Assembly (NCBI GenBank): GCA_964503595.1
Contig: CAZDAM010000005.1
Location: forward strand, 7,597-71,596
Source of the DNA: an uncultured bacterium
Lineage (GTDB): Bacteria; Muiribacteriota; UBA6191
Reading direction: 5' to 3'
DNA: 64,000 nucleotides
Shown here: positions 48,850 to 58,800 of the stretch, one piece after another
Numbering within the stretch: the first letter of the stretch is position 1
How the letters are laid out: each line of letters opens with the position of its first letter
Notes under the pieces: generated by a model
The model's database searches: none
What the model was told of the DNA's origin: nothing
Seen by the model: the letters and a program-made list of their open reading frames with translations, nothing else
Made by a program: the position numbers and the translations under genes

Positions 48850-49575
48850 TCAGTTGAGTTCAACTTCTTCTTTTTCCTGGATGACGCGGGTCGCTTCCTT
48901 GGCCTCATTGATGGCCTCGGTAATGTAACCCACGATAACCTTGATGGACCGGATGGCATCATCGTTGCCAGCGATCACATAGTCAATTTTGGTTGGATCA
49001 CAGTTGGTGTCGGTGATGGCTACAACAGGAATACCCAGTTTTGCACATTCATCAACAGCGATCTTTTCCTTGCCCGGATCGATAATGAAAACCAGATCCG
49101 GCAGTTCATTCATTTCGCGAATACCCTGGAGATCACGACTGAGGTTATTCAGTTCACGCATTCTTTTGGCGCGCTCTTTCTTACCCAGCTTATCCATTTC
49201 ACCGGTCTCTACCATACGCTCCAGCTTTTTCAGGTAGCTGATACGGGAACGGATGGTCTTAAAGTTGGTCAGCATACCACCAAGCCAGCGCTGATTCACA
49301 TAGTGAACGCCACAGACATCAGCATTCTCGGCAATGATGTCCTGAGCCTGTTTCTTAGTGGATACAAACAAAACATCTCCGCCTGCCTGAACGGTTTCGC
49401 GTACGATACGGCAAGCTGCAACAATCTGCTTTACAGTCTGCTGCAAATCAATGATGTGGATATCATTGCGCTTGGTGTAGATGTATCCCGCCATACGAGG
49501 ATCCCATTTGCGAGTCTGATGGCCGAAATGTACGCCTGCTTCCAGCAGACTTTTGATGTTTACTTTAGTCAGCAT
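48850..49575 (-). CDS. rpsB: 30S ribosomal protein S2
   Basis: MLTKVNIKSLLEAGVHFGHQTRKWDPRM, the canonical S2 N-terminus. Confidence 0.9.
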   Translation of the reverse strand: MLTKVNIKSLLEAGVHFGHQTRKWDPRMAGYIYTKRNDIHIIDLQQTVKQIVAACRIVRETVQAGGDVLFVSTKKQAQDIIAENADVCGVHYVNQRWLGGMLTNFKTIRSRISYLKKLERMVETGEMDKLGKKERAKRMRELNNLSRDLQGIREMNELPDLVFIIDPGKEKIAVDECAKLGIPVVAITDTNCDPTKIDYVIAGNDDAIRSIKVIVGYITEAINEAKEATRVIQEKEEVELN

Positions 49576-49752
49576 TGCTGTCTCCCTTTTGGTTTAATCC
49601 CCCTCGGAATCTCTCCGGCGAACCAGGACTGGTCACCGTGCCAGACAGAATTTGCTTCTGAGGGTTTTGTTTGTTTGAGTCGGGCATTTTATAGCAGGAA
49701 ATCTCCAAGATCAAGCTTGAATCCCTCTTCTCCTCCACCGAAATCTGCCTAT

Positions 49753-51195
49753 ATGCGCCAGGAAACCCTGATTTTTTCGCTTTTTCTCATTGTGTTGGCT
49801 TTTGTCGGATGCGGACCGGAAGAATTAGGCCCCCTCAAGACCGATGCCCAGGCTTCTGTCTACGTCTCCGGAAGCATCTACTCCCTTTCTGAAGAACGCT
49901 ACATAGAAGGTGCCCTGGTCGAAATCGAGGAAACCGGCACTGCAACTGCCAGCAATTCGATCGGCCATTTTGAACTTGGACAGGTAACCCCAGGGGAATA
50001 TCGCTTCCGGGTTACCTCAGCCGGCCTACAGACTTCTGCCGTAAAGACAATCCCTGAAACCGAACACTACGAACTGACCGTTCTGGTCGGCCAGTCCGAA
50101 ACCAACAGCTTCTCCTATCTTTATGAAGAGGGAAATCAATGGTTCTTAAGAAAGTCCACTTCCGACTTTCTCTATGATCGCCCCCTTCTGGATCGCGAGC
50201 CGCAATACACCAGTCCCCAGCATCCGGTCTGGCATCCCCTGAAGAATGACACCCTGCTCTTCACCGCCATTCTGACATCCACAGGACGACGGGACGTTTT
50301 TGAACTGAATACTCGCGAGGACTGCACCTTGAACTGTGTGACTCCTCTTTACCAGGATGCCGCCAACCGCAATGTTACCCAGGCTCAGTATTCCCCTGAT
50401 GGCAGACATCTTTATCTTCTGATGGATGAAATTCTTTATGGAACCCTGATCGACTATCCCGCCCGTTTCTCCGTTGAGGTCCTTCCCACCGCCAAACAGC
50501 TCATTTTTGAAGTCCCCGACCCAAGCGGAACTTTAAGGCCAGTAACCAGAGCAGAAGTCAATTTTGAAATCACCGGTCAGGTTTCCACCAACCCCTCCAG
50601 TGGAGTTTTTGCTCTTTGCGATGCCCGGATTTCTTCCTTCAGGATTCATCATCGCACCAATCTGATGGCCTTTCTTGCCGAATCCGTCGACACAACCAAC
50701 CCCAGAACCTTCATCTGTGGACAGCCACAGGGTCAGAAACAGGTCTTTGCCCTTACTCTTGGGGGATTGTTAAGCACGACCCAAACCACTCCCCCCCTTG
50801 CCGTTCAGATCACCTATCTGAACGGTGAACCTGGACACCTCGCATTCTCACCTGATGCGAAAACCATCTACTTCGATCTCAAAACCACTGTCCCCTCTGG
50901 TGTTTTTCATACCGTGCGGGGAGCTTCCACCCTGGTTCAGAACCGTATCATCGAGCCTCTTCTGCCAGCCCGTACGACTCCTTACGAGTTTGACATGCAT
51001 CCATACAGACCGGAAATCATCTACAACGGCATTTCCACAGATCTGGACAACACCGGTGGCTTCATGCAGTTTTACACCCTTGATCTGGCTGTCGGGGCTG
51101 TCCAGCAACCCAAACGGGCCAGCCAGTTCCACTACGCCGCCAACCCCGTCAAACCACTCTACTATCTGCTCAACCCTGATCTGTTTCTATTCTAA
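49753..51195 (+). CDS. Lipoprotein with CarboxypepD_reg-like domain and PD40/TolB-like beta-propeller repeats
   Basis: The true start is the ATG at 49753; the upstream part of the 837-aa ORF is antisense to rpsB/tsf. Has a lipobox (LAFVGC), an Ig-like CarboxypepD_reg-like domain and repeated PD40-like motifs (YSPDGRHLY, FSPDAKTIY). Confidence 0.6.
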   Translation: MRQETLIFSLFLIVLAFVGCGPEELGPLKTDAQASVYVSGSIYSLSEERYIEGALVEIEETGTATASNSIGHFELGQVTPGEYRFRVTSAGLQTSAVKTIPETEHYELTVLVGQSETNSFSYLYEEGNQWFLRKSTSDFLYDRPLLDREPQYTSPQHPVWHPLKNDTLLFTAILTSTGRRDVFELNTREDCTLNCVTPLYQDAANRNVTQAQYSPDGRHLYLLMDEILYGTLIDYPARFSVEVLPTAKQLIFEVPDPSGTLRPVTRAEVNFEITGQVSTNPSSGVFALCDARISSFRIHHRTNLMAFLAESVDTTNPRTFICGQPQGQKQVFALTLGGLLSTTQTTPPLAVQITYLNGEPGHLAFSPDAKTIYFDLKTTVPSGVFHTVRGASTLVQNRIIEPLLPARTTPYEFDMHPYRPEIIYNGISTDLDNTGGFMQFYTLDLAVGAVQQPKRASQFHYAANPVKPLYYLLNPDLFLF

Positions 51196-51383
51196 AAAGC
51201 ACTTCTCACTGCTAAGGACTTTGCTTTGAAATCAAACCCTCCTTTAAGCATCAAAAAAGATAATTGTTTTTGGGGAGTGTTCAAAATTCTGTGTCATCTC
51301 TTAAGCTGTACAAAGCAGGATGGCAGATAAGCGAGAAAACAGATTTTGATGACAAGGCTGGGGCAAAACCGCGAACCGGCGAT

Positions 51384-53372
51384 TCAGAACTTCTGAATCG
51401 CCGAAAGACGCACGGAATTTTCGCGGGGATTTCCCTGCCCACCCTCATAGAGGGCTTCTTCCCACTGTACTTCAAGCTTAAGGCTCTGGCGCCAGTCTTC
51501 CACCAGTGGAGCCTCAAGGCTCATGTCCAGACCAACCTGCTCATAGTTGCGATCCAGGACGGGCGATTCACGATTCTGCCAGTGAAACCAGCCACTAAGC
51601 CAAAGACCGGAGTGAGTGGGTCCACTCAGGCCAAAACTGGCCGTTCCGGAATCCTCAACACCGATTCCGCCCACATCCAGCTTATCCATTCTAAGGCTCA
51701 CTTCGGGAGCCAGGCCAATCGGATTGAAGCGCAAGAACCGGGCTGATGCTGTCAGGGAATAGCCCTCGTCCTTCTGGTAACCCAGAGGAGAGTAATCATC
51801 TGTCTGACGAAAGCGAAACTCCGAATCCCAGTCCATGCGGCCTGTGGTTTCCGCATAATTTACCGCGTGGATTCGGCTGTCTTCATGAAAGGCAGAACCT
51901 TCCTGAAAAGAGTTGACTTCGGAATAGTGCCAGCCTAACCAGCCTGTCTCCCGGCCCAGAAATCCGGGAAACCAGATCCGCATACCCGGGCTTTTGGTAT
52001 GGACATCCTGACTGAGTTCCAGACTCTCTTCCTGGAAGTTTTCCATCTCCAGACCGTACCAGGGCTTTTTCACCCCGGCCCGCATGTAGATTTCGGTACC
52101 TGCTCCAAAATCGGGGGCTGCGAGGTTTCGGTAGGTTTCAGCAACCCTGAGGATTTCAGCATCTGCATAGAAGATACCTTCACTCAGACTCCCCCTTAGC
52201 TGGGCCAGACTTCCGGTATCACGCCCACTTCCCCCAATTTCCCCATGAGACGAAACGACCAGTGCTTCCAGCCAGTTGGCGGGATCTATCTGGCGGGTCA
52301 TGCCAAAGCTTGCCGTATAAGTTTCCGACTGCTCGGAATCACGGCGCGCTGCCAGAAAGTTCAGATGCCACAAGCCCCAGTTCTCTTCGCGGAGTTTATA
52401 GATCCCACCCAGTACAGCACCTTCATGATGGGTTCTACCAGGATCCGAAGTTCTCTGCCAGGTGGATCCGGCATAGATACCAATTGGATCCGTACGATCT
52501 CCTTCGTGAAGAATGTATTCGGCCCCTATCCAGTCCTGCCCGAAAACCTGGGATGGAAGGGCGAGGGTATGTGTGCCCGCCACCAGATCGGCGCGCCTGC
52601 CGCGAAACTCCAGAATCAGATTTTCCAGCTGAAGATTTTCATCCGGAGCAAAAAGTGAATTGCCTGCCTTCAGCCCAACTTCTGCCCGATAGGCCCGATC
52701 ATCAAGAAGACCTGATGCCCGTAATTCATGCCTGACCGAAAAAGCCGATTCCCTTCTGCCAAGCTGATATCCAGATGTTCCGCTGACATAGTTGTAGCCC
52801 ACCATCCATTCCTGGGAATAACTGGAAGATTCAGCCTCAGGAGCCGTTTCAAAATCAGCTTCGGTGCTGCGGGCCAGACTCTGGACCATCGCAACTTCCT
52901 CAGGCTTCAGAAAAGCCGGGCTCTGCTTGAGCCAGGTGGCAATCTCCTCCGAACCCAGGCTGGAAACCCTGAGTTTCTGAACCCAGGCGTATTCCGTCTC
53001 ATTCTCAATCCGGCTTAAGAGATAGCGGACAATGCTGTCCCGCTTCGAATCTGTCTGGGGCAGGTCTGAAACCGTTTCTTCACTTGGAATCCGGGGATAA
53101 CGCTGAGATTTTTCATGCTCGTCAATAAGCTTCAGAAGCTCCTGTTTTTCTTCATCCTTCAGGAACGGAACCTGAAGAATGAGGGATCTGGCCTGAGCCG
53201 GCAGAATCTCAAGCCTGAGGATACGGGCAATCAGTTCCCTTTCTTTCGGGGATGACGCATAGGAATGCAGTTTCAGAGAAAAATCCTCGGAAAAGGCGGG
53301 ATGGGCCCACAGAACACGCGGGTAGGCCAATCCGAGGAAGAACAAAAAAATTCGGGTTGCATCCATGCACAA
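51384..53372 (-). CDS. Hypothetical outer-membrane (beta-barrel-like) protein
   Basis: Signal peptide; C-terminal 450 aa rich in amphipathic beta-strand patterns with Gly/aromatic residues, and a terminal Phe (SAIQKF). Confidence 0.45.
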   Translation of the reverse strand: MCMDATRIFLFFLGLAYPRVLWAHPAFSEDFSLKLHSYASSPKERELIARILRLEILPAQARSLILQVPFLKDEEKQELLKLIDEHEKSQRYPRIPSEETVSDLPQTDSKRDSIVRYLLSRIENETEYAWVQKLRVSSLGSEEIATWLKQSPAFLKPEEVAMVQSLARSTEADFETAPEAESSSYSQEWMVGYNYVSGTSGYQLGRRESAFSVRHELRASGLLDDRAYRAEVGLKAGNSLFAPDENLQLENLILEFRGRRADLVAGTHTLALPSQVFGQDWIGAEYILHEGDRTDPIGIYAGSTWQRTSDPGRTHHEGAVLGGIYKLREENWGLWHLNFLAARRDSEQSETYTASFGMTRQIDPANWLEALVVSSHGEIGGSGRDTGSLAQLRGSLSEGIFYADAEILRVAETYRNLAAPDFGAGTEIYMRAGVKKPWYGLEMENFQEESLELSQDVHTKSPGMRIWFPGFLGRETGWLGWHYSEVNSFQEGSAFHEDSRIHAVNYAETTGRMDWDSEFRFRQTDDYSPLGYQKDEGYSLTASARFLRFNPIGLAPEVSLRMDKLDVGGIGVEDSGTASFGLSGPTHSGLWLSGWFHWQNRESPVLDRNYEQVGLDMSLEAPLVEDWRQSLKLEVQWEEALYEGGQGNPRENSVRLSAIQKF

Positions 53373-53413
53373 AACCTATCGGATTCCCGATGCAAATGTT
53401 CAAGCTCTTAGGC

Positions 53414-54979
53414 CTATCTTCGAATTGTCACAGGAGTTGGAAAAGATTTGCGGCCCGAAGCATCGGTAGCCACCAGAATCAGACGACGAGCCCGCTCGGA
53501 AGGAGGAATCCGGAGTTCAAATTCCTCCTGATTCTCATTGAAGACACCATCTGTCGGCAGAAGTTCAGAGGCCCGGCTGGCGAGGGTGTCCCGAAATACT
53601 TCAAGTTTCTGAATGTTTGAAACCGTATCCGAAACAATCACCCGAAGGGAAACTGACTGAGCTCCCAGAACCACCGTACGGCTGGGAAGAGTAATTCTGG
53701 GGCCACGGGTATCCGCAACCACAGCTTCAGGGAGAAACGGGTCATTTCCAGAAGTGGAAACCAGTACCAGCTCCATATCTTCGCGACGGGAAAAATCAAG
53801 ATTCCAGGAGCCGCTTTGGCGAATGACTCCATCCGAAGATTCCCGCTTTTCCCACGTCACGACAGCTCTTATCCGTCCCATCAGCTCGGTGAAACCCTGA
53901 AGATTGAAGCGCAACGAACGACTCCCCTGAAACGAGGCATCCCGGATCTGCTGAAGCGCACGGCGGGAATAGTTCCTGGAAGTCCCCAGAAGCCCGTATA
54001 GACTCTGATCCTGCCTGCTCATGTAGATCCGGCGCAGATTCTCAAGCCAGGCCTGAACCTCTTCTCTTGAAGAAGAAGCCGAATACTCAAACTTCAAAGG
54101 AGGATGATCGACAGAAAAGAAACGCTCTCCCTCCCTTAAGCGAAAGACAATATCGTAATGCCCTTCCGTAGCCTTCAGCTTAAGGACAATCGTGTCGTCA
54201 GCTGGCAAATCCTCAAAGCTTTCCCCCCCATTCAGGCTGATTTGGGGGATCTGATAGGAAGGACGGTTCAGAAGGGTTGTCTCCAGACGGATCCGACCAA
54301 GAATCAGATCGCTGAAATAGATCTTCTGGCGCAGAATTCCACTTTGAGGGACCGGCATGCCATTCAGAAGGACAACTGCCGTACTGACCCTCAAATCCTC
54401 CGGTACCAGCCTTTCGAAGAGGGAAGGAAGAGGCCATTTGTGAACCAGCCCATACCAGTTCGCACCCTTTCTGATTTCTGTTCCATTCAGCTCCCGGGCT
54501 GGTTCAAACTTACCCTGAACAACCCGGATTCCTTCCCCCAGACGCAAAGGAAGACTCAAATGAGGAGAATGGACAATTCCCCTGCCATCCAGACAGTAAA
54601 TCAGAACTTCTTCTCTTTGACGCTCAATCAGAAAATCCCCCTGAAGAGTGCTCAGAAATCCCGCTCCAAAATCCACGGTAAATTCCACGGCCTGATCCGA
54701 AGCCCCAAGGTTCAAGAAAAGGTTTCCGGAATGAAGAAGAGTGAAAAAATTGGCGTTCTGCCTCTGGTACTCAAAATCAAGCACCACTTCGCGGGTTTTT
54801 GCCATCGCCCCGTTTGGTAACCGAAAAAGTGCAACCTCATTCCCTGACTGTTCAAGATGAAGCTGACCAGGAAGCTCAGCTTCCGTAAGTCTGAGAGAAT
54901 CAGAAGAACTGATCGGCTCATATGCCCAGAAACAGGAGCAGGCAAAAAAGCAAAAAAGAAGGAACAGACGCGGGGTCAT
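53414..54979 (-). CDS. Hypothetical secreted protein
   Basis: Signal peptide (MTPRLFLLFCFFACSCFWA). No recognised domain. Same strand as its neighbours with only a 4-nt gap to the MBL gene. Confidence 0.45.
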   Translation of the reverse strand: MTPRLFLLFCFFACSCFWAYEPISSSDSLRLTEAELPGQLHLEQSGNEVALFRLPNGAMAKTREVVLDFEYQRQNANFFTLLHSGNLFLNLGASDQAVEFTVDFGAGFLSTLQGDFLIERQREEVLIYCLDGRGIVHSPHLSLPLRLGEGIRVVQGKFEPARELNGTEIRKGANWYGLVHKWPLPSLFERLVPEDLRVSTAVVLLNGMPVPQSGILRQKIYFSDLILGRIRLETTLLNRPSYQIPQISLNGGESFEDLPADDTIVLKLKATEGHYDIVFRLREGERFFSVDHPPLKFEYSASSSREEVQAWLENLRRIYMSRQDQSLYGLLGTSRNYSRRALQQIRDASFQGSRSLRFNLQGFTELMGRIRAVVTWEKRESSDGVIRQSGSWNLDFSRREDMELVLVSTSGNDPFLPEAVVADTRGPRITLPSRTVVLGAQSVSLRVIVSDTVSNIQKLEVFRDTLASRASELLPTDGVFNENQEEFELRIPPSERARRLILVATDASGRKSFPTPVTIRR

Positions 54980-54983
54980 ATCC

Positions 54984-55814
54984 CTAAAGTTCGATTTCCA
55001 TTCCCTCGTGAACAGCTTCCACCTTGAGATTCATAGGTTTGGCATGCACGCGGGCATCAACCAGCATGGACTGGATCTGGGCATCATTATGCGATGGATC
55101 ATGATGAATCATGTAAAGTGCATCTGCATTGGCTTCCTTGACGAGCTTCAAACCCATTTCCCAGGTCGAATGTCCCCAGTTCCGCCGTGATGGATATTCT
55201 TCGGGAGTATACTGACAGTCGTAGGCAACGATATTGGAACGACAGGAAAGGTTGAGCGCGGTTTCTGCAACCTCATCTTCACTCTCATGCTCGATATCTG
55301 TCAGAAAAGTGAAAATTTTACCCTCGGATTCGAAGCGAAATCCAACTACTCCATTCGGATGAAACAGAGGGCCATAAGAGACTTTGAGGTCGTCTCCAAG
55401 CCAGATGCTTCCTTCCTCATCCAGATCGTGAAAATGAAGGCCTGCTCCCATAACGCCCATAGGCACAGGAAAATTCGGGGGTGACATCAGATTCTCAAGA
55501 ATCTTCTTCACTCCGAGAACCCCTTTTTTCTGCCCATAGATATGAAATTCATTGCCGGGAATGAAAGCAGGAACAAAAAAAGGAAATCCCATGATGTGAT
55601 CCCAGTGATAGTGGGAAAACAAAATATGGGCTTTAGCGGGCATATTGGACAGCAGACTGTTACCCAGATCCCGGATTCCGGTCCCTGCATCGATAATGGC
55701 CCGACAACCGCTGCGGGATACCACTTCTACCGCTGTCGTATTGCCACCATAGTGCTGGCAGTCCGGCCTTGAGATTGCAACGGAGCCGCGAGCTCCCCAA
55801 AATTTAACCTTCAT
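54984..55814 (-). CDS. MBL-fold metallo-hydrolase
   Basis: Has the HxHxDH motif (HYHWDHIMG) and downstream His/Asp ligands. Confidence 0.75.
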   Translation of the reverse strand: MKVKFWGARGSVAISRPDCQHYGGNTTAVEVVSRSGCRAIIDAGTGIRDLGNSLLSNMPAKAHILFSHYHWDHIMGFPFFVPAFIPGNEFHIYGQKKGVLGVKKILENLMSPPNFPVPMGVMGAGLHFHDLDEEGSIWLGDDLKVSYGPLFHPNGVVGFRFESEGKIFTFLTDIEHESEDEVAETALNLSCRSNIVAYDCQYTPEEYPSRRNWGHSTWEMGLKLVKEANADALYMIHHDPSHNDAQIQSMLVDARVHAKPMNLKVEAVHEGMEIEL

Positions 55815-55869
55815 TCTATCGATCCATAATCATGGCACTACGTGTCTAAACTGTCAAATTTCTGCATTC

Positions 55870-58800
55870 CTATTGAAGCCAGGCCAGTTTGACCGTACTT
55901 CGATCGCGATTTCCATCAGCGTCTTCGGCTATCACTCTGAGGAAGTATACGCCATTTGCTGGCTTAGAGGAAAAGATCTCGCGCAAGGGAATTTGGATCA
56001 GCCCGGTTTGAAGTCCCATGCTGTAAGCCCGTCCGACTCTTGCCCCCGCCACATCGTAGGCCTGAACCCTCAGACTGGCCTGATTCCGGGAAAGTCTGAC
56101 CCGCAGATGAGCCTTCAGGTTTCTTACCGGATTCGGAACCACCAAAGCTTCCTGAATCTGCACCGGACCCACCGATGCCACAAGAAGACTCAGATTCGCC
56201 GGGTTACTGAGTCGATCACTGACCATAACGCTTAAGTTCTGAGCGACAGAATGACGAATCTGCCGGCGTGAAACCGTCAGTATTTCGCCGTCATATTCAA
56301 AGGAAATCCCCTTGCCATCCAGATTCAGCCGGATATCACTCAGGGCAATCCCCACCCCTGCATCATGCAGTTCAAGGCGCAGATCTTCCTCAAGATTCAG
56401 CATTTCTTCCTCTGTCTGAACCGCTTTCAGAACAGGACTCATCTCATCCTGAATCAGGCGAAGATCGGCTCTGAGACCCTTGGGGATGATGATTCTTGAT
56501 TCCTCACGCGTCTGCTCAACCCACTCGCAGTCATTCTGGCAGGCCATCACAGCCACCTTGCCCATACTGCTCAGAGGATAGCGGGCCAGATCCACCATCA
56601 CGGTTTCCGTACCCGGAGTTGGAGTTCCCGGAACCAGATTGAAAAGTGCCATTCTCCCAGGCTGGGTTTCCAGAGTGTTCCATGGAAGTACCCACTGAAC
56701 CCGGCTCAGACTGGCCTGACCATGTTCGGAAAAATCCAGGCGCCGGATTTCAAAGGGTAGATAGCGCGTAGTCTGATTGCCGTCTGCATCCTTACCCGTA
56801 ATCTCAAGCCGCAGAGTTCCAGAAAGGCCCGAATCCAGAGCATATCCGCCCTGAAACCAGCTCTTTCCAAGCCGGTTCAGACTGACAATCTCCTGGCGAT
56901 CGACATCGGACTCAACTCCGGGAGTCTTGAACTGGCGAATCCGCAAGAAGGGAGTATCGGCAATCTCTTCAACCACGCCACCTTTTCGCGAAAGGCCCTT
57001 GACTACAAAAACGACTTCCTGCTCCTGAACCGGATTGGCAAAAATGCGAAATTCAAACCAGGGTCCAAAATCAAATTCCATCGCCGTTGTGAAATCACTA
57101 CCCGGGTTACTCGCCTGATCCCGAAAGCCCCTGAGCTTGAAATGGCCGATTCCATTATAATCCCAGCCCTTGTCATTGGGCTCAAGCCGTAAAAGCCCTT
57201 TCCAGACATTATTTTGAAGGCTTACCAACTGGACACCAAGCGGAGGGTAGGATTCCACAATGGTCTGGCCCAGGGAATTCAGATAGGTCTTGGGTTCGAT
57301 TTCCAAAGTACCCACCGGAGGCCAGTCAGGATGAATCGATTCATTGAAAACGGCCTCAAATCTGACCTCGGAGCGCAGAATCCTTCCCTGGGCGTCCGGA
57401 GGAATCACAGGCCTTTCCGTTGTCAGGGAAATCACCGAGGGACCACCACGATCCAGATAGAGAATCCTTCCATTGGCACCGGGACTTCCCTGAGAGGAAC
57501 CATCCACGGCGAAGACCCTCCAGCTCAGCATGCCGGTAGGCAGGTTCTCCATATTGATGTCATTCTGCACCTGTCCGGCCTCATAGACATAGGACACCGG
57601 ATTTCCATCGGCATCCGCAATCACCAGAACATAGCTCTGGGCTTCCTCGACCGGCTTCCAGCTGAAACGTACAATACCGCCGGGAGTCGAGAACCTGTCT
57701 TTGGGCTCAATCAGAACCGGATCCTCAATTTCATCCTGTTCCAGGGAAAGATCCCGAAAAAGCATCTGTGCGTTGCCGGCGGCATCCCAGGCACGTACGC
57801 TCAGACGGGCCTTTCCGCGATATTCAAAGCGATTCTGGGCCAGAAAATAAAAGGTTTCTCCCGGTCCGTGAGTATCCGGATCCCGATCCAGGGAAAGTTT
57901 CGTCCACTCCATCAAAGCCGGGTAAGTCGCAGATCCAAGAGCATTGACAGCATCCAGACGAATCTCAACCGTGCGGACTCCCATGCCCTTGAGACTGCCA
58001 AATCCGGTATAACCTGATGGCCGGTTGCCGACATCCATCGCAAGACCACTCAACTGAAGCACCCCGGAAGTGATCCACTGTTCGCTTTTCACATCAATGG
58101 AAACAAATGGAGGCTGGGTGTCATAGAGAAACCAGGAGGTACTCACGGGGCTCTGGTTCCCTGCCATGTCCGATGCCTTAAGTTCCAGACGGTAGATCCC
58201 ATCCAGGCTTCCATCCGTCGTCAGCCCCATGGGCTCAATCGTCAGCGGATCCACATTGAGTTCATAAAGCATGCGAACCACCGGGGGGCCGCCATAATTG
58301 GGAGCTGACTGACTCTGTTCCGCCCGAAACTTCACCAGACCCGTGAGAATCGGCTGAGGAAGGGCAGAACCAAAAGGCTCTTGCAGAAAAAGCTCCAGAG
58401 TTGAGATCGGACCGGCTGCTGTCGAAATATCCGTTCGAATTCCTGAGCCCAGGTACCCGTAGGGAGTTTTTCGATCAAAGAGAACACCGGAAACATTACG
58501 TAATGGACCTTTTACCACTGCTCCCTGTTTCGGCTCCCTTAAATCCTGAACCTGCATTCCCAGAGGAGCCGGAAAAGTCAGGCCATCCATGACTCCCGGC
58601 AGAAGATTGTCGTAGGAAAACTGCCAGACAGCCTCATCACTGACATTCCCCGCTGTATCAACCAGGCGGGCCGAAGCCACAAAAACCCCGTCATCGCTGC
58701 CATCCGACTGAAGTTCACGGTTCAAAGTCGTTCCAACCTGAACCTGAGAAGAAGTCTGAACAAGACTGAGCGGGTAGCTTGAAGGAGAGCGGATCGGATT

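Noticed and set aside
48682-49752. The first 357 codons of the 837-aa plus-strand ORF 48682-51195
   Set aside because: This part runs antisense to rpsB and tsf, whose identities are unambiguous, and has no start context. The genuine gene is the lipoprotein starting at ATG 49753 with a lipobox. The long open antisense frame is a GC-rich third-position artefact.
51376-51403. Inverted repeat cggcgattcagaa/ttctgaatcgccg overlapping the stop codon of the 51384-53372 gene
   Set aside because: It could be a terminator but overlaps the coding end and has only a weak downstream T-run, so it was not called as a feature.
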